Part shown: positions 37,550-46,233 of the stretch, in pieces
How the letters are laid out: every line of letters starts with the position of its first letter
Position numbering within the stretch: the first letter of the stretch is position 1
Assembly (NCBI GenBank): GCA_045562535.1
Contig: JBJKVP010000006.1
Location: 88,413 to 152,412, forward strand
Reading direction: 5' to 3'
DNA: 64,000 nt
From: Dehalococcoidia bacterium
Lineage (GTDB): Bacteria; Chloroflexota; Dehalococcoidia; UBA6926
The notes under the pieces: model-generated
Database searches by the model: none
What the model saw: the letters and a program-made list of their open reading frames with translations, nothing else
Told to the model about the DNA's origin: nothing
Program-made: the position numbers and the translations under genes

Positions 37550-37614
37550 GGATTGGAGTGCAGAATTGATTTTGAATATTAATGGGGATTTAGAGGAGAT
37601 AGAAAGAGCGTAAC

Positions 37615-39006
37615 ATGCAAGATCGACCCACATTAACGCCTACACAGATCAACGACGAGTTACTGTGGCCTGTTTTCTCCTTTAGAAAACGGCACGCGGT
37701 AGCATTCATTCCGCCGATGATATTGTTAATGGGTGGCGTAGCAGCTGTTACTATCCTTATCTATCAAGGACTTTGGGTTACCGGACTGCAGAGGCCCGCC
37801 TTTTGGGGATTTTTCATTGTTAATTTCGTTTTCTGGATTGGGGTGAGCCACGCGGGGACTATGATTTCCGCAATATTGCGTTTGACCCAAGCAGAATGGA
37901 AGAGACCTATTACAAGAGCAGCTGAGGTCATGACAATATTTTCTTTGGTGACTTCATTATTACACCCTGTTATTCACGCCGGTAGACCTTGGCGGATTAT
38001 ATATTGGTTACTACCTTACGATTTTTCGAGAGGTATATGGCCTGACGTTCGGTCTCCTCTCGTTTGGGACCCAATAGCAATAACAACCTATTTAACAGGT
38101 AGCGTATTGTTCGTTTTCACAGCGTTGATACCAGATTTTGCATTGATTCGTGATCAGAGTACCGGACTTAGGAAGAAAATTTATGGGAGTTTGGCTTTCG
38201 GTTGGAGAGGGACTCCCAGACAATGGAAATTGCAAGGAATATTTGGAATATTGATGTCAGCACTGATTCTTCCAGTTTTCGTTTCGGTTCATAGTATAGT
38301 TTCTTGGGATTTCGCGGTCTCAGTCGTTCCTGCGTGGCACGTTACCGTTTATGCGCCATATTTTGTTATCGGTGCTGTTCATTCGGGAGTCTCCATGGTT
38401 TTGACATTGATGGCTCTTATGAGATGGATATTCAAATTAGAGAATTATATCTGGGAAGATCATTTTGACGCAGTTGGGAGACTTTTAATAGTAATCGCCA
38501 CCTTGTGGTTATTTTTCTTTTTCCTTGATTTTGCGTTCTCATTTTATACGAGAGAAGAGCAAGAGTTGGCAGTGATGGAAAGACGTCTTTTCGAATGGCC
38601 CTTTAATGCTATTACGGTGATCATGGTGTTCACTTCATATGTTATTCCTATACCATTGTGGTTAAGTAGGAGAGTACGAAGGAATATTCCATTGATGTTC
38701 TGGACATCTATACTTGTCAATATTGGTATGTGGCTAGAGAGATATTTCCTGATAATACCTGCGATCGAGCGCAAAAATGAGCTTACCTTCCTTTGGTCTA
38801 ATTATGTTCCGAGTTTGATTGAGAGCTTGGTAGTGTTGGCGTCCTTTGGTATGGTTGGCTTCTTGTTATTACTTTTTGCGAAAGTTGTTCCTTTGGTTCC
38901 TGCTTGGGAAGCGAAGGAGGGAGTAGTATTCAGAGAAGATGTCCAATTCGGAGAAGTAGTACTTCCCGGAATTATTAAAGAAACAGAAGAGGAAAATGTT
39001 TGGTAG
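37615..39006 (+). CDS. actC: NrfD/PsrC-like quinol-interacting membrane subunit (ActC-like)
   Basis: 463 aa with FWGFFIVNFVFWIGVSHAGTMISAILRLTQAEWKRPITRAAEVMTIF, typical of the NrfD family. Confidence 0.75.
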   Translation: MQDRPTLTPTQINDELLWPVFSFRKRHAVAFIPPMILLMGGVAAVTILIYQGLWVTGLQRPAFWGFFIVNFVFWIGVSHAGTMISAILRLTQAEWKRPITRAAEVMTIFSLVTSLLHPVIHAGRPWRIIYWLLPYDFSRGIWPDVRSPLVWDPIAITTYLTGSVLFVFTALIPDFALIRDQSTGLRKKIYGSLAFGWRGTPRQWKLQGIFGILMSALILPVFVSVHSIVSWDFAVSVVPAWHVTVYAPYFVIGAVHSGVSMVLTLMALMRWIFKLENYIWEDHFDAVGRLLIVIATLWLFFFFLDFAFSFYTREEQELAVMERRLFEWPFNAITVIMVFTSYVIPIPLWLSRRVRRNIPLMFWTSILVNIGMWLERYFLIIPAIERKNELTFLWSNYVPSLIESLVVLASFGMVGFLLLLFAKVVPLVPAWEAKEGVVFREDVQFGEVVLPGIIKETEEENVW

Positions 39007-39030
39007 TGGTCGTTGTTAAGGAGCTTCGAA

Positions 39031-39552
39031 ATGGCGGATAATAAAGATTTAATGGGTGTTTTTGCAGATACAGATACTGCGGCAGAGGGCGCTCGCCAAT
39101 TAAAGAGTGCTGGGTTTGTACAGGATGATTATGATGTTCTTACTGGCAACCCTTACCCCGAGGGAGCCTTTGGTGAGCATGTAAAACCGAATCGTCTGTT
39201 TGTCTTTGCTTTAGCGGGGGGCTTTGTTGGCTTTGCTATAGCATTCTTATTTACTGCAGCAACCCAAACTGCTTGGCCGTTAGTTACTGGCGGAAAACCA
39301 ATTCTGGCACTACCGGCAATGATGATAATTATGTATGAAATGACTTTGTTGTTTGCCATGATTTTCACCGTTACTGGTGTGATTTTTGAAAGTAGATTGC
39401 CTAGGCTTGGTGGCGAAGGACCTGTATACGACACAAGAATTACTTTGGGGTATATAGGTTTAATAGTCACTACTACTGAAGATCGCTTAGAAAAGGCAGA
39501 GGAAGCTTTTAAGGCGGCCGGTGCTGAGGATATAGTGAGGGAGTCATCCTAG
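39031..39552 (+). CDS. actD: ACIII subunit ActD (DUF3341-like)
   Basis: MADNKDLMGVFADTDTAAEGARQLKSAGF soluble head plus 2 TM. Start at ATG 39031 (AAGGAG upstream). Confidence 0.7.
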   Translation: MADNKDLMGVFADTDTAAEGARQLKSAGFVQDDYDVLTGNPYPEGAFGEHVKPNRLFVFALAGGFVGFAIAFLFTAATQTAWPLVTGGKPILALPAMMIIMYEMTLLFAMIFTVTGVIFESRLPRLGGEGPVYDTRITLGYIGLIVTTTEDRLEKAEEAFKAAGAEDIVRESS

Positions 39553-39554
39553 AA

Positions 39555-40232
39555 GTGAAACTACTTAATCAGCTGATGCAAAAACAGCGTTCAAATAAAC
39601 TATCCGTTGCTGGGAAAAAACGAGTGATGGCAGTATCTGCCGTGTTATTTTTTCTTCTAAGCGGGTGTTCTGTAGGAGCTTATCCGGTCGATAACTTCCA
39701 AGAGATGCATTATTCACAGGCAATTCGGAGACAAGAAATGCCTGTTATGTCAGCACCTAGCAATTCTATTGGATATCAAGGAGCTGGAGGTCCTGCTGCC
39801 GAAGTCAGCGTACCCCCGGCGTATGATTTGATGAAACAAGAAGATTTGATTTTAGTCACGGCTAACCCTGTTGTTTTGAACGACCTTGTGCGCGATGAAG
39901 GAGAACAATTATTTATCCGTAATTGCGCGGTTTGCCACGGTATGGAAGGGGATTTGCAAGGTGGTGCTGGTCCAGCACTCTTGGCGGCTTCTTTTGAAGC
40001 GGCAGGGGTTAACCCTCCTTTAGATTTAACCTTAGGCGAAACGAAAAATAGAACGGATGGAGATATCTTTGGAATACTGACTCATGGTCAAGGCTCTATA
40101 CCGGCGCCGTCTGATGCTGTTGATCCTGAGGTATGGTCTACATTGACGAGCATGCCCTCGTTTTCAAAATTACTTACAACTGAACAACGGTGGGCAATTG
40201 TTCACCACTTGAGAAAACTGCAAGGCTCTTAA
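39555..40232 (+). CDS. actE: ACIII monohaem cytochrome c subunit ActE, probable lipoprotein
   Basis: Lipobox FLLSGC. Single CAVCHG haem motif with distal TSMPSF Met candidate. Start ambiguous (GTG 39555 or ATG 39576). Confidence 0.7.
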   Translation: MKLLNQLMQKQRSNKLSVAGKKRVMAVSAVLFFLLSGCSVGAYPVDNFQEMHYSQAIRRQEMPVMSAPSNSIGYQGAGGPAAEVSVPPAYDLMKQEDLILVTANPVVLNDLVRDEGEQLFIRNCAVCHGMEGDLQGGAGPALLAASFEAAGVNPPLDLTLGETKNRTDGDIFGILTHGQGSIPAPSDAVDPEVWSTLTSMPSFSKLLTTEQRWAIVHHLRKLQGS

Positions 40233-41644
40233 ATAGCCTCAATGTTTTCAATTTGGTTAAGAGTATCTTCTTGTAATTTTACTAGTGCCGTACTCTGTTC
40301 CACAGGATAAATTTCTGGTGTATCAAGAGATTTATATGCATGGGTAATAGCTGAGAATTGATTCAAAAAATGTTGATTTAAATTTTCAAGAGTTGGATGA
40401 GGTCGCGTTAAATGTCCGTTTTCAAGTACTGTTTCAAGAAGAGGATGACTGCCCAAGTACTGAGTTTTATCCTCATCGTCTAAAGCAAGAGTGTCTTTCT
40501 TGTAGGCACCATTGTCTTGAGTAAATCTAAAAACCTGTTTTCTTCCTGCTAAGGTCTCTTTACCTTTGCTTAATTTCATCACAGGTTTATTTTCATATTC
40601 AACTAATTTATAGACGCAATCGATTGCAGGAGAGTCACTAGAGGTCGCCATCTTCGTCCCAATACCAAAACTGTCTATAGGTGCATTGGATTCCACAAGT
40701 TTGTTAATCATATATTCGTCGATATCTCCGCTAACAATGATTTTTACCTCGTGTAGCCCCGCGTCGTCTAACATCTTGCGGACTTCTTTTGAGATTAATC
40801 CGAAATCCCCACTATCGAGCCGTACCCCGTTAAGACTGTGGCCATTTTCCAGCATTTCCTTCGCAACTTTTATAGCATTTTGGGTTCCCTGTTCGGTATC
40901 AAAAGTATCAACTAAGAAAACACTTGTGTCAGGAAATGAACGGGCAAATGCCCTAAAAGCTTCTAATTCTGAGTCGAAACTAGTTATGAATGAGTGAGCC
41001 ATTGTGCCAGATATTTTTTGTGAATGTTTTGCCGCCCCATGGACATTCCCGGTACTTTGTATTCCCACTATTTTCCCGATACGAACAAGGGAATCAGCAG
41101 AATCAATACCGTGGGATCGCCTCGATCCAACTTCACTGATGGTACGACCTTTAGCGGCGTATATGGATCTCGCGGCTTTTGTCGCCAGCACTGTTTCTAG
41201 GTTAACTCTGTTTAGTAAGTAATTTTCGATTATTTGAGCTTCAATCAAGGGAGCTGTAATTTCAAGAACGGGTTCATTTGGAAAAAATACAGTCCCCTCT
41301 TGGATCGACCGTACTTGTCCAGTGAATTTTAATTCGCTGAGGTAATCCAAAAATTCCTTTTCAAAATGATTTAGCGAGGTGAGATAATCAATATCAGTAG
41401 AGTTAAATCCAAAATTTTGTAAATGATCTAATATATCTTCTAACCCGGCGAATACCATATAGCCCCTTGTAGGTGGGAATCTACGTATGAAAAGGCTGAA
41501 AGTTGACTGACCAATTCTGTCATTTTGCCAATAGGCTTGAGCCATAGTTAGTTGGTAAAAAGCTGCGAACAAACTTTTTGAAAATGTACCCTGATTGTTT
41601 TCCATTGCAGATATCTTCTTGTCCCAAACCTTGTGCAGTTTCAT
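40229..41644 (-). CDS. pncB: nicotinate phosphoribosyltransferase
   Basis: 471 aa with FYQLTMAQAYW, GTMAHSFI, RLDSGD, and a C-terminal domain typical of NAPRTase. Confidence 0.85.
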   Translation of the reverse strand: MKLHKVWDKKISAMENNQGTFSKSLFAAFYQLTMAQAYWQNDRIGQSTFSLFIRRFPPTRGYMVFAGLEDILDHLQNFGFNSTDIDYLTSLNHFEKEFLDYLSELKFTGQVRSIQEGTVFFPNEPVLEITAPLIEAQIIENYLLNRVNLETVLATKAARSIYAAKGRTISEVGSRRSHGIDSADSLVRIGKIVGIQSTGNVHGAAKHSQKISGTMAHSFITSFDSELEAFRAFARSFPDTSVFLVDTFDTEQGTQNAIKVAKEMLENGHSLNGVRLDSGDFGLISKEVRKMLDDAGLHEVKIIVSGDIDEYMINKLVESNAPIDSFGIGTKMATSSDSPAIDCVYKLVEYENKPVMKLSKGKETLAGRKQVFRFTQDNGAYKKDTLALDDEDKTQYLGSHPLLETVLENGHLTRPHPTLENLNQHFLNQFSAITHAYKSLDTPEIYPVEQSTALVKLQEDTLNQIENIEAI

Positions 41645-41736
41645 GTTTTTAAAAAGAAAAATTAGTGTTGCTTATAAAGAATTATAATTGCTCTTACTTG
41701 GGTAATGCAAAAAAGGTATTACCTAAGGTATGTTTA

Positions 41737-41982
41737 TTAGCTCGACTCGTTTAGTGAGCCTATGTATACCAAGGCGTTAAATGTTGTGAGAATGGTAAGG
41801 CCAATTAACACGCCTCCTATGATATCCATTCTTAAGTCCAGGCTTGAATATAGATAATTTCGTAACCACGCAGTTATTATTATTGAGTCAACTAGTATTA
41901 AAAAATCGAATATGGCAAGCCGAATTTTGGTTCCTGGGTTTCGGATAAATACCGCGTACAAAAATTCAAATGGATTACTCAT
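41737..41982 (-). CDS. small membrane protein (81 aa, 2-3 TM)
   Basis: ORF with hydrophobic helices. I recognise no family. Confidence 0.35.
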   Translation of the reverse strand: MSNPFEFLYAVFIRNPGTKIRLAIFDFLILVDSIIITAWLRNYLYSSLDLRMDIIGGVLIGLTILTTFNALVYIGSLNESS

Positions 41983-42076
41983 TAATTACCCTATTCAGTT
42001 TATATTTGAATGTATCCTATATATCCTCTATCTACAAGTCAAGTAACTAGTGGGTTTTGCCTGCAGGCCGATGGTG

Positions 42077-43069
42077 TTATAGAGAATCAGGATTCATGAC
42101 ATTCATAGGTGCACCTTTTAAATACGCTTGGATATTTGCGACAGATTCCCCGTAAAAAATATTGTAATTTTCTTTAGTTACATATCCCAGATGAGGTGTT
42201 AGTAATGTATTTTCCAAAGTTAGAAAAGGGTGGTTTCTCTCTAAAGGTTCTTCGTCAAACACGTCTAGTGCCGCTCCAGCTATCATTTGAGTTTGCAGTG
42301 CTTCTATAAGAGCATTTTCGTTAACAATGGGGCCCCTAGAAGTATTGATTAAGTACGCATTACTTTTCATAAGAGAGATTTCTTTTTTTTGTATGATGCC
42401 TTTTGAAGACGCATTTAGGGGGATATGAATACTAATAATATCTGAGTCACTAAAAAGAGTATCCTTAGATACCGATTTTGCTTGATATTCGTCTGCTCTT
42501 TTCTGCGTCATGTTAGGAGACCAAACTAATAGCTCCATGTCGAACAAAGGTGCGACTTTTGCAACGTCTTTTCCAACTCTTCCCAGCCCTATGAGCCCTA
42601 GTTTTTTCCCATCTAGACCAACCCCTATGCTCGTTTGCCATATACCTTCTCTTAATTTCTTGTCCTCAAGCGCTATGCTTCTTGTTAAGCTCAATATAAG
42701 ACCCCAAGTTAACTCGGCTGTAGAATGACCAGGAGCTCCGGTGTTACAAATCGTTATCCCCAGATTGGTTGCGGCCGCCATGTCTATATTAGATTGTCTG
42801 CCTCCAGTTGCTGCTATAAGGCGTAAGTTTGTAAGTTTTTCTAAAGTTGATTTAGTTAACCAGGTTCTTTCTCGCATAGTAACTAATATCTGAAAAGGTA
42901 GTAATTTACTAACTAACTCAGATTCACCTTCTATTCCGCTGTTAAATACGGTAACAGTTGTATTAGAAGGGAGATCTGACCAACCTCCAAAATCCAAACC
43001 AACATTTTGGTAATCGTCTAAAATTGCTATATTAATTTTATCTTCGCCTATATTGCCTTTTTGATGCAT
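42077..43069 (-). CDS. D-isomer-specific 2-hydroxyacid dehydrogenase
   Basis: 330 aa with KKLGLIGLGRVGKDVA NAD motif, NTSRGPIV, ALDVFDEEP, TPHLGY. Confidence 0.85.
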   Translation of the reverse strand: MHQKGNIGEDKINIAILDDYQNVGLDFGGWSDLPSNTTVTVFNSGIEGESELVSKLLPFQILVTMRERTWLTKSTLEKLTNLRLIAATGGRQSNIDMAAATNLGITICNTGAPGHSTAELTWGLILSLTRSIALEDKKLREGIWQTSIGVGLDGKKLGLIGLGRVGKDVAKVAPLFDMELLVWSPNMTQKRADEYQAKSVSKDTLFSDSDIISIHIPLNASSKGIIQKKEISLMKSNAYLINTSRGPIVNENALIEALQTQMIAGAALDVFDEEPLERNHPFLTLENTLLTPHLGYVTKENYNIFYGESVANIQAYLKGAPMNVMNPDSL

Positions 43070-43088
43070 GGTGCTAAAATCTCCAACT

Positions 43089-44000
43089 CTATAACGAATT
43101 TTTGAACCTAAAATACCTTAAAGTATTATATAACCGACGGTTTCTTCTTAGAAGGAATCTACGGTTTCGTAGAATTCTTTGATTTTGGATTACTTCTGAT
43201 TCTTGTATTTGGGTGTCTACTCCTAGCGCCGCATACGACGCTGCTATGAATCCTTTTCCTGAAAAAATTCTTCTGACAGAACCGATTGCAAAGGTAATCA
43301 GGCTTATAAGAAGAGTTAGCCTTAGAAGATCAATAAATGAAAAATCTGTTGGCATAGTTGAATCCACAATCGCGACTAGGAATTGAGCAGTAACTGATGA
43401 AGCTAATATTCCTGCACCAATCAATGCAAGCGCTAGGAAAGGGACGTTTCGGTTCCAAGAGAGGATGGCTGCAGATGTAACAACAGTTTGTACCACTAAT
43501 ATCAGGATTCGGACTATTTCTATGGGAATAGAAAAAGCTTGCTCTACTTGTCTTAATACTATCGGCAACCCTATGGTGGTACCCATTACGTATAGTAGTA
43601 CGAAAATGAAGGCATCACTCCATTGATTTTTTGCTATTGCGCCAGATATAATCGCCGTCAGTAGAGGCCCGAATATTGCTAAAGCTACTGTAGCGTTAGA
43701 ACTACTATCACTTATGTCTTTCGGCAATGTGTTTACAAGCAGAGCCTGTGTTGCGACGATGCCGAGTGCGATCCACGTATAACTCCATCTAGGAGCTCCT
43801 CGAGTTCCTAGGAAAAATGCAACCAAAAATAGTAACACATTTGCAATAATATAAGGTGGAGAGGACATGAGATCACTTTTAGTAGCTATCGACCATATAG
43901 ATCCTAAGAAGATGCCAGAAAATAAAATTAATATAGGAGCAAGTTCTCTTGTGATTGACTGTACTAGTGATCTTTGACGGTGATCGGAGCCCATTCTCAT
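43089..44000 (-). CDS. polytopic membrane protein with very basic C-terminal tail
   Basis: 303 aa, about 8 TM. The tail is RILRNRRFLLRRNRRLYNTLRYFRFKNSL. I recognise no family. Confidence 0.5.
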   Translation of the reverse strand: MRMGSDHRQRSLVQSITRELAPILILFSGIFLGSIWSIATKSDLMSSPPYIIANVLLFLVAFFLGTRGAPRWSYTWIALGIVATQALLVNTLPKDISDSSSNATVALAIFGPLLTAIISGAIAKNQWSDAFIFVLLYVMGTTIGLPIVLRQVEQAFSIPIEIVRILILVVQTVVTSAAILSWNRNVPFLALALIGAGILASSVTAQFLVAIVDSTMPTDFSFIDLLRLTLLISLITFAIGSVRRIFSGKGFIAASYAALGVDTQIQESEVIQNQRILRNRRFLLRRNRRLYNTLRYFRFKNSL

Positions 44001-44075
44001 TATTGAGATTCCTCCAGCATCCTATAATATTTACATATAATCATACATTAGAATTAGTAACAGGATGGTATTTAT

Positions 44076-45311
44076 TTGATTCAGTTAAAAATTATTCCGG
44101 CTTTACTTACAAATCAATCTCTTATATTTTTGTCTATCACTACTGCACTTATGACTACCGGGCAAGGCATAGCAGTGCCTATGGTCCCTCTTTTTGCAGA
44201 TACTTTTGGTATAACAGCAGCACAGATCGGTCTTGCTGTTAGCGCTTTTGGGTTTGCAAGGTTTATTACTAATATTCCCGCAGCCTTTGTTTCAGACCGA
44301 ATGGGAAGACGTTCTGTATTGATAGGTGGGGCTCTGATCGCAGCTGTTGGTAATGTGTTGTCGGGCTATGCACCATCCTTATTGCCGTTACTATTTTTTC
44401 GCTTTATTGCAGGAATTGGTTCTGCATCATTTATCACAGGTGGCATAGCGTTTATATCCGACGTCAGCAAAGTAGAAAATAGAGCTCGCATGATGAGTGT
44501 CTTCCAAGTAAGTTTTTTGGTTGGCATTAGTATAGGACCGGTACTGGGAGGCGTCATCGCTGAGATTTTTGGAATTAGAGCTCCTTTTTTGGCAATTGGA
44601 GTGGTTTCTATTCTCAGTGCTTTATGCACTTTTTTTCTAGTACCAGAAACAAAGAATTCAATTATATCTGAGGCCTCAATAGCATCAGAAGATACGCATA
44701 GAGGTACACTTAACTTTCTAAAAGGGTATGGTTTTCTTCTTAAGAAAGACTTATTACTCATCAGTCTGGCGTTCGCAGGGACCTTTTTCACCCGTGGAGG
44801 CGCATTTTTTACGCTTTTGCCATTAAAAGGGTCTCGTATACTCAAGATGTCTGAGGGACAAATTGGAGGTTTTTTAACACTGCCTTCTGTCTTTTCTTTA
44901 TTCATGCTTCCATTTGTGGGTATTTTTTCAGATAAACACGGACGTAAAACAGTTATAGTTCCGGGAATTGCACTTTTTGCAGTGTCTCTTTTTGTACTTG
45001 GCATAAGTAAAGAATGGATATTTTTTGGCGTTGGTGTGATTCTTTATGGTATTGCTCAAGGGCTAGAGGGACCTGCTCCAGTAGCATACGTGTCGGATGT
45101 TTCTAGTGAGGATAAGCAGGCAGTGGCGCAAAGTTTCGTTAGATCTATGGGTGATTTTTCTTTATTTTGTGCGCCGCCTATTATGGGATTTTTAACAGAC
45201 TTATTTGGCATTAACATAACTTTGTATGTTAACGCCAGTATAATGTTGTTTGTGGCTATAGTGTTTCTTGTTTTTGCGAGAGAACCAGTGCAGAAACGGG
45301 TTACAGGATAA
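44076..45311 (+). CDS. MFS transporter (drug/H+ antiporter-like)
   Basis: 411 aa, 12 TM, motif SDRMGRRSVLIGG. Confidence 0.8.
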   Translation: MIQLKIIPALLTNQSLIFLSITTALMTTGQGIAVPMVPLFADTFGITAAQIGLAVSAFGFARFITNIPAAFVSDRMGRRSVLIGGALIAAVGNVLSGYAPSLLPLLFFRFIAGIGSASFITGGIAFISDVSKVENRARMMSVFQVSFLVGISIGPVLGGVIAEIFGIRAPFLAIGVVSILSALCTFFLVPETKNSIISEASIASEDTHRGTLNFLKGYGFLLKKDLLLISLAFAGTFFTRGGAFFTLLPLKGSRILKMSEGQIGGFLTLPSVFSLFMLPFVGIFSDKHGRKTVIVPGIALFAVSLFVLGISKEWIFFGVGVILYGIAQGLEGPAPVAYVSDVSSEDKQAVAQSFVRSMGDFSLFCAPPIMGFLTDLFGINITLYVNASIMLFVAIVFLVFAREPVQKRVTG

Positions 45312-45367
45312 CTTATAACGTACCAGGATAAATACTGGAGGATGTAATAAATATGAGTAATGGTGGG

Positions 45368-45441
45368 TGGGGCATCCTGGATTCGAACCAGGGACCTCAG
45401 TCTTATCAGGACTGCGCTCTAACCAACTGAGCTAATGCCCC
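45368..45441 (-). tRNA. tRNA-Ile (anticodon GAU), stand-alone
   Basis: Reverse complement is GGGGCATTAGCTCAGTTGGTTAGAGCGCAGTCCTGATAAGACTGAGGTCCCTGGTTCGAATCCAGGATGCCCCA. Anticodon loop CTGATAA. Confidence 0.9.
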
Positions 45442-45500
45442 CTAGGAAACACGATCATCAGTGTATATTAAATAGTATATGAGTTAAATAGGACGGTTAA

Positions 45501-45533
45501 TATAGGCAGAATAGTGGTTCCGATAAAGTTGTT
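45501..45533. repeat. 33-bp direct repeat, copy 1 (TATAGGCAGAATAGTGGTTCCGATAAAGTTGTT)
   Basis: 32/33 identical to 46151-46183, in the same orientation, 650 bp apart. Confidence 0.9.
45509..45520. promoter_or_regulatory. degenerate Cheo/SOS-box-like site GAAT-AGTG-GTTC
   Basis: One mismatch from GAAC-N4-GTTC. Lies inside repeat copy 1, about 90 nt upstream of the small basic ORF. Confidence 0.3.
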
Positions 45534-45609
45534 ATTTTTAGATGTCTCCATGTTTTGGTATAAAAACACTCAGAAAATAGATGTATAAAATATAGAAAGG
45601 GAGGATTCG

Positions 45610-45675
45610 ATGAGTAAAGGTCGTGATGCAAAAAAAGCAGTCAAAAAACCTAAACAAGATAAGAAAAAAAAATAA
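45610..45675 (+). CDS. possible 21-aa Lys-rich peptide (MSKGRDAKKAVKKPKQDKKKK)
   Basis: ATG preceded by AAGGGAGG at optimal spacing. Too short for the ORF track. Function unknown. Confidence 0.3.
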   Translation: MSKGRDAKKAVKKPKQDKKKK

Positions 45676-45747
45676 TCGTGGGGACATTCGGATACTCAGT
45701 TATTTATAACTTCAGGCATATGCTCTAATGATGTCGATTAAGAGAGA

Positions 45748-46134
45748 GTGAGAATTGGAAAACTGATGGAAGAAGAAGAGAAGAGGAAAACCATACAGGA
45801 AATTGAAGAATTGATTGCTTCAGGTAAGTTAAGTGACTCTACCGGAAGAGATAGGTTTGGGGTTGCTAGCCTTCTGGTTGATGAGTTTTTGATGGACTTT
45901 ATTCAAGGAACCAATTCTGGAGAGTTTTCTGTAGATGAAATATTTAACGATTTGAACTTAAGTAAAGATTATTACGAAAAATTATGTGGCGAGATAAATG
46001 AAAAGGTTAATCCATTTGGTGACCCAAAACAGCTGGGTCATAATGCTACTAAGAAAATCATTTATAAAGCAATACTCACGATGGTATGGGAACAAGAGCT
46101 GCCAGATGGGAATGATCTTGAGGAGTTAAGGTAA
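45748..46134 (+). CDS. hypothetical acidic protein (122-128 aa)
   Basis: ORF between the two 33-bp repeats. Start is GTG 45748 or ATG 45766 (MEEEEKRK...). I recognise no family. Confidence 0.45.
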   Translation: MRIGKLMEEEEKRKTIQEIEELIASGKLSDSTGRDRFGVASLLVDEFLMDFIQGTNSGEFSVDEIFNDLNLSKDYYEKLCGEINEKVNPFGDPKQLGHNATKKIIYKAILTMVWEQELPDGNDLEELR

Positions 46135-46150
46135 CAAGGGGATACATTAC

Positions 46151-46183
46151 TATAGGCAGAACAGTGGTTCCGATAAAGTTGTT
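46151..46183. repeat. 33-bp direct repeat, copy 2 (TATAGGCAGAACAGTGGTTCCGATAAAGTTGTT)
   Basis: See copy 1. Ends 50 nt before the uvrA ATG. Confidence 0.9.
46159..46170. promoter_or_regulatory. candidate LexA operator (Cheo box) GAAC-AGTG-GTTC upstream of uvrA
   Basis: Perfect GAAC-N4-GTTC palindrome 64-75 nt upstream of the uvrA start. uvrA is a classical SOS-regulon gene. Confidence 0.5.
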
Positions 46184-46233
46184 CCATGGTATTGTTGTAT
46201 GAGGGTAAGCTATATATTGGGGGATTTCTAAAA

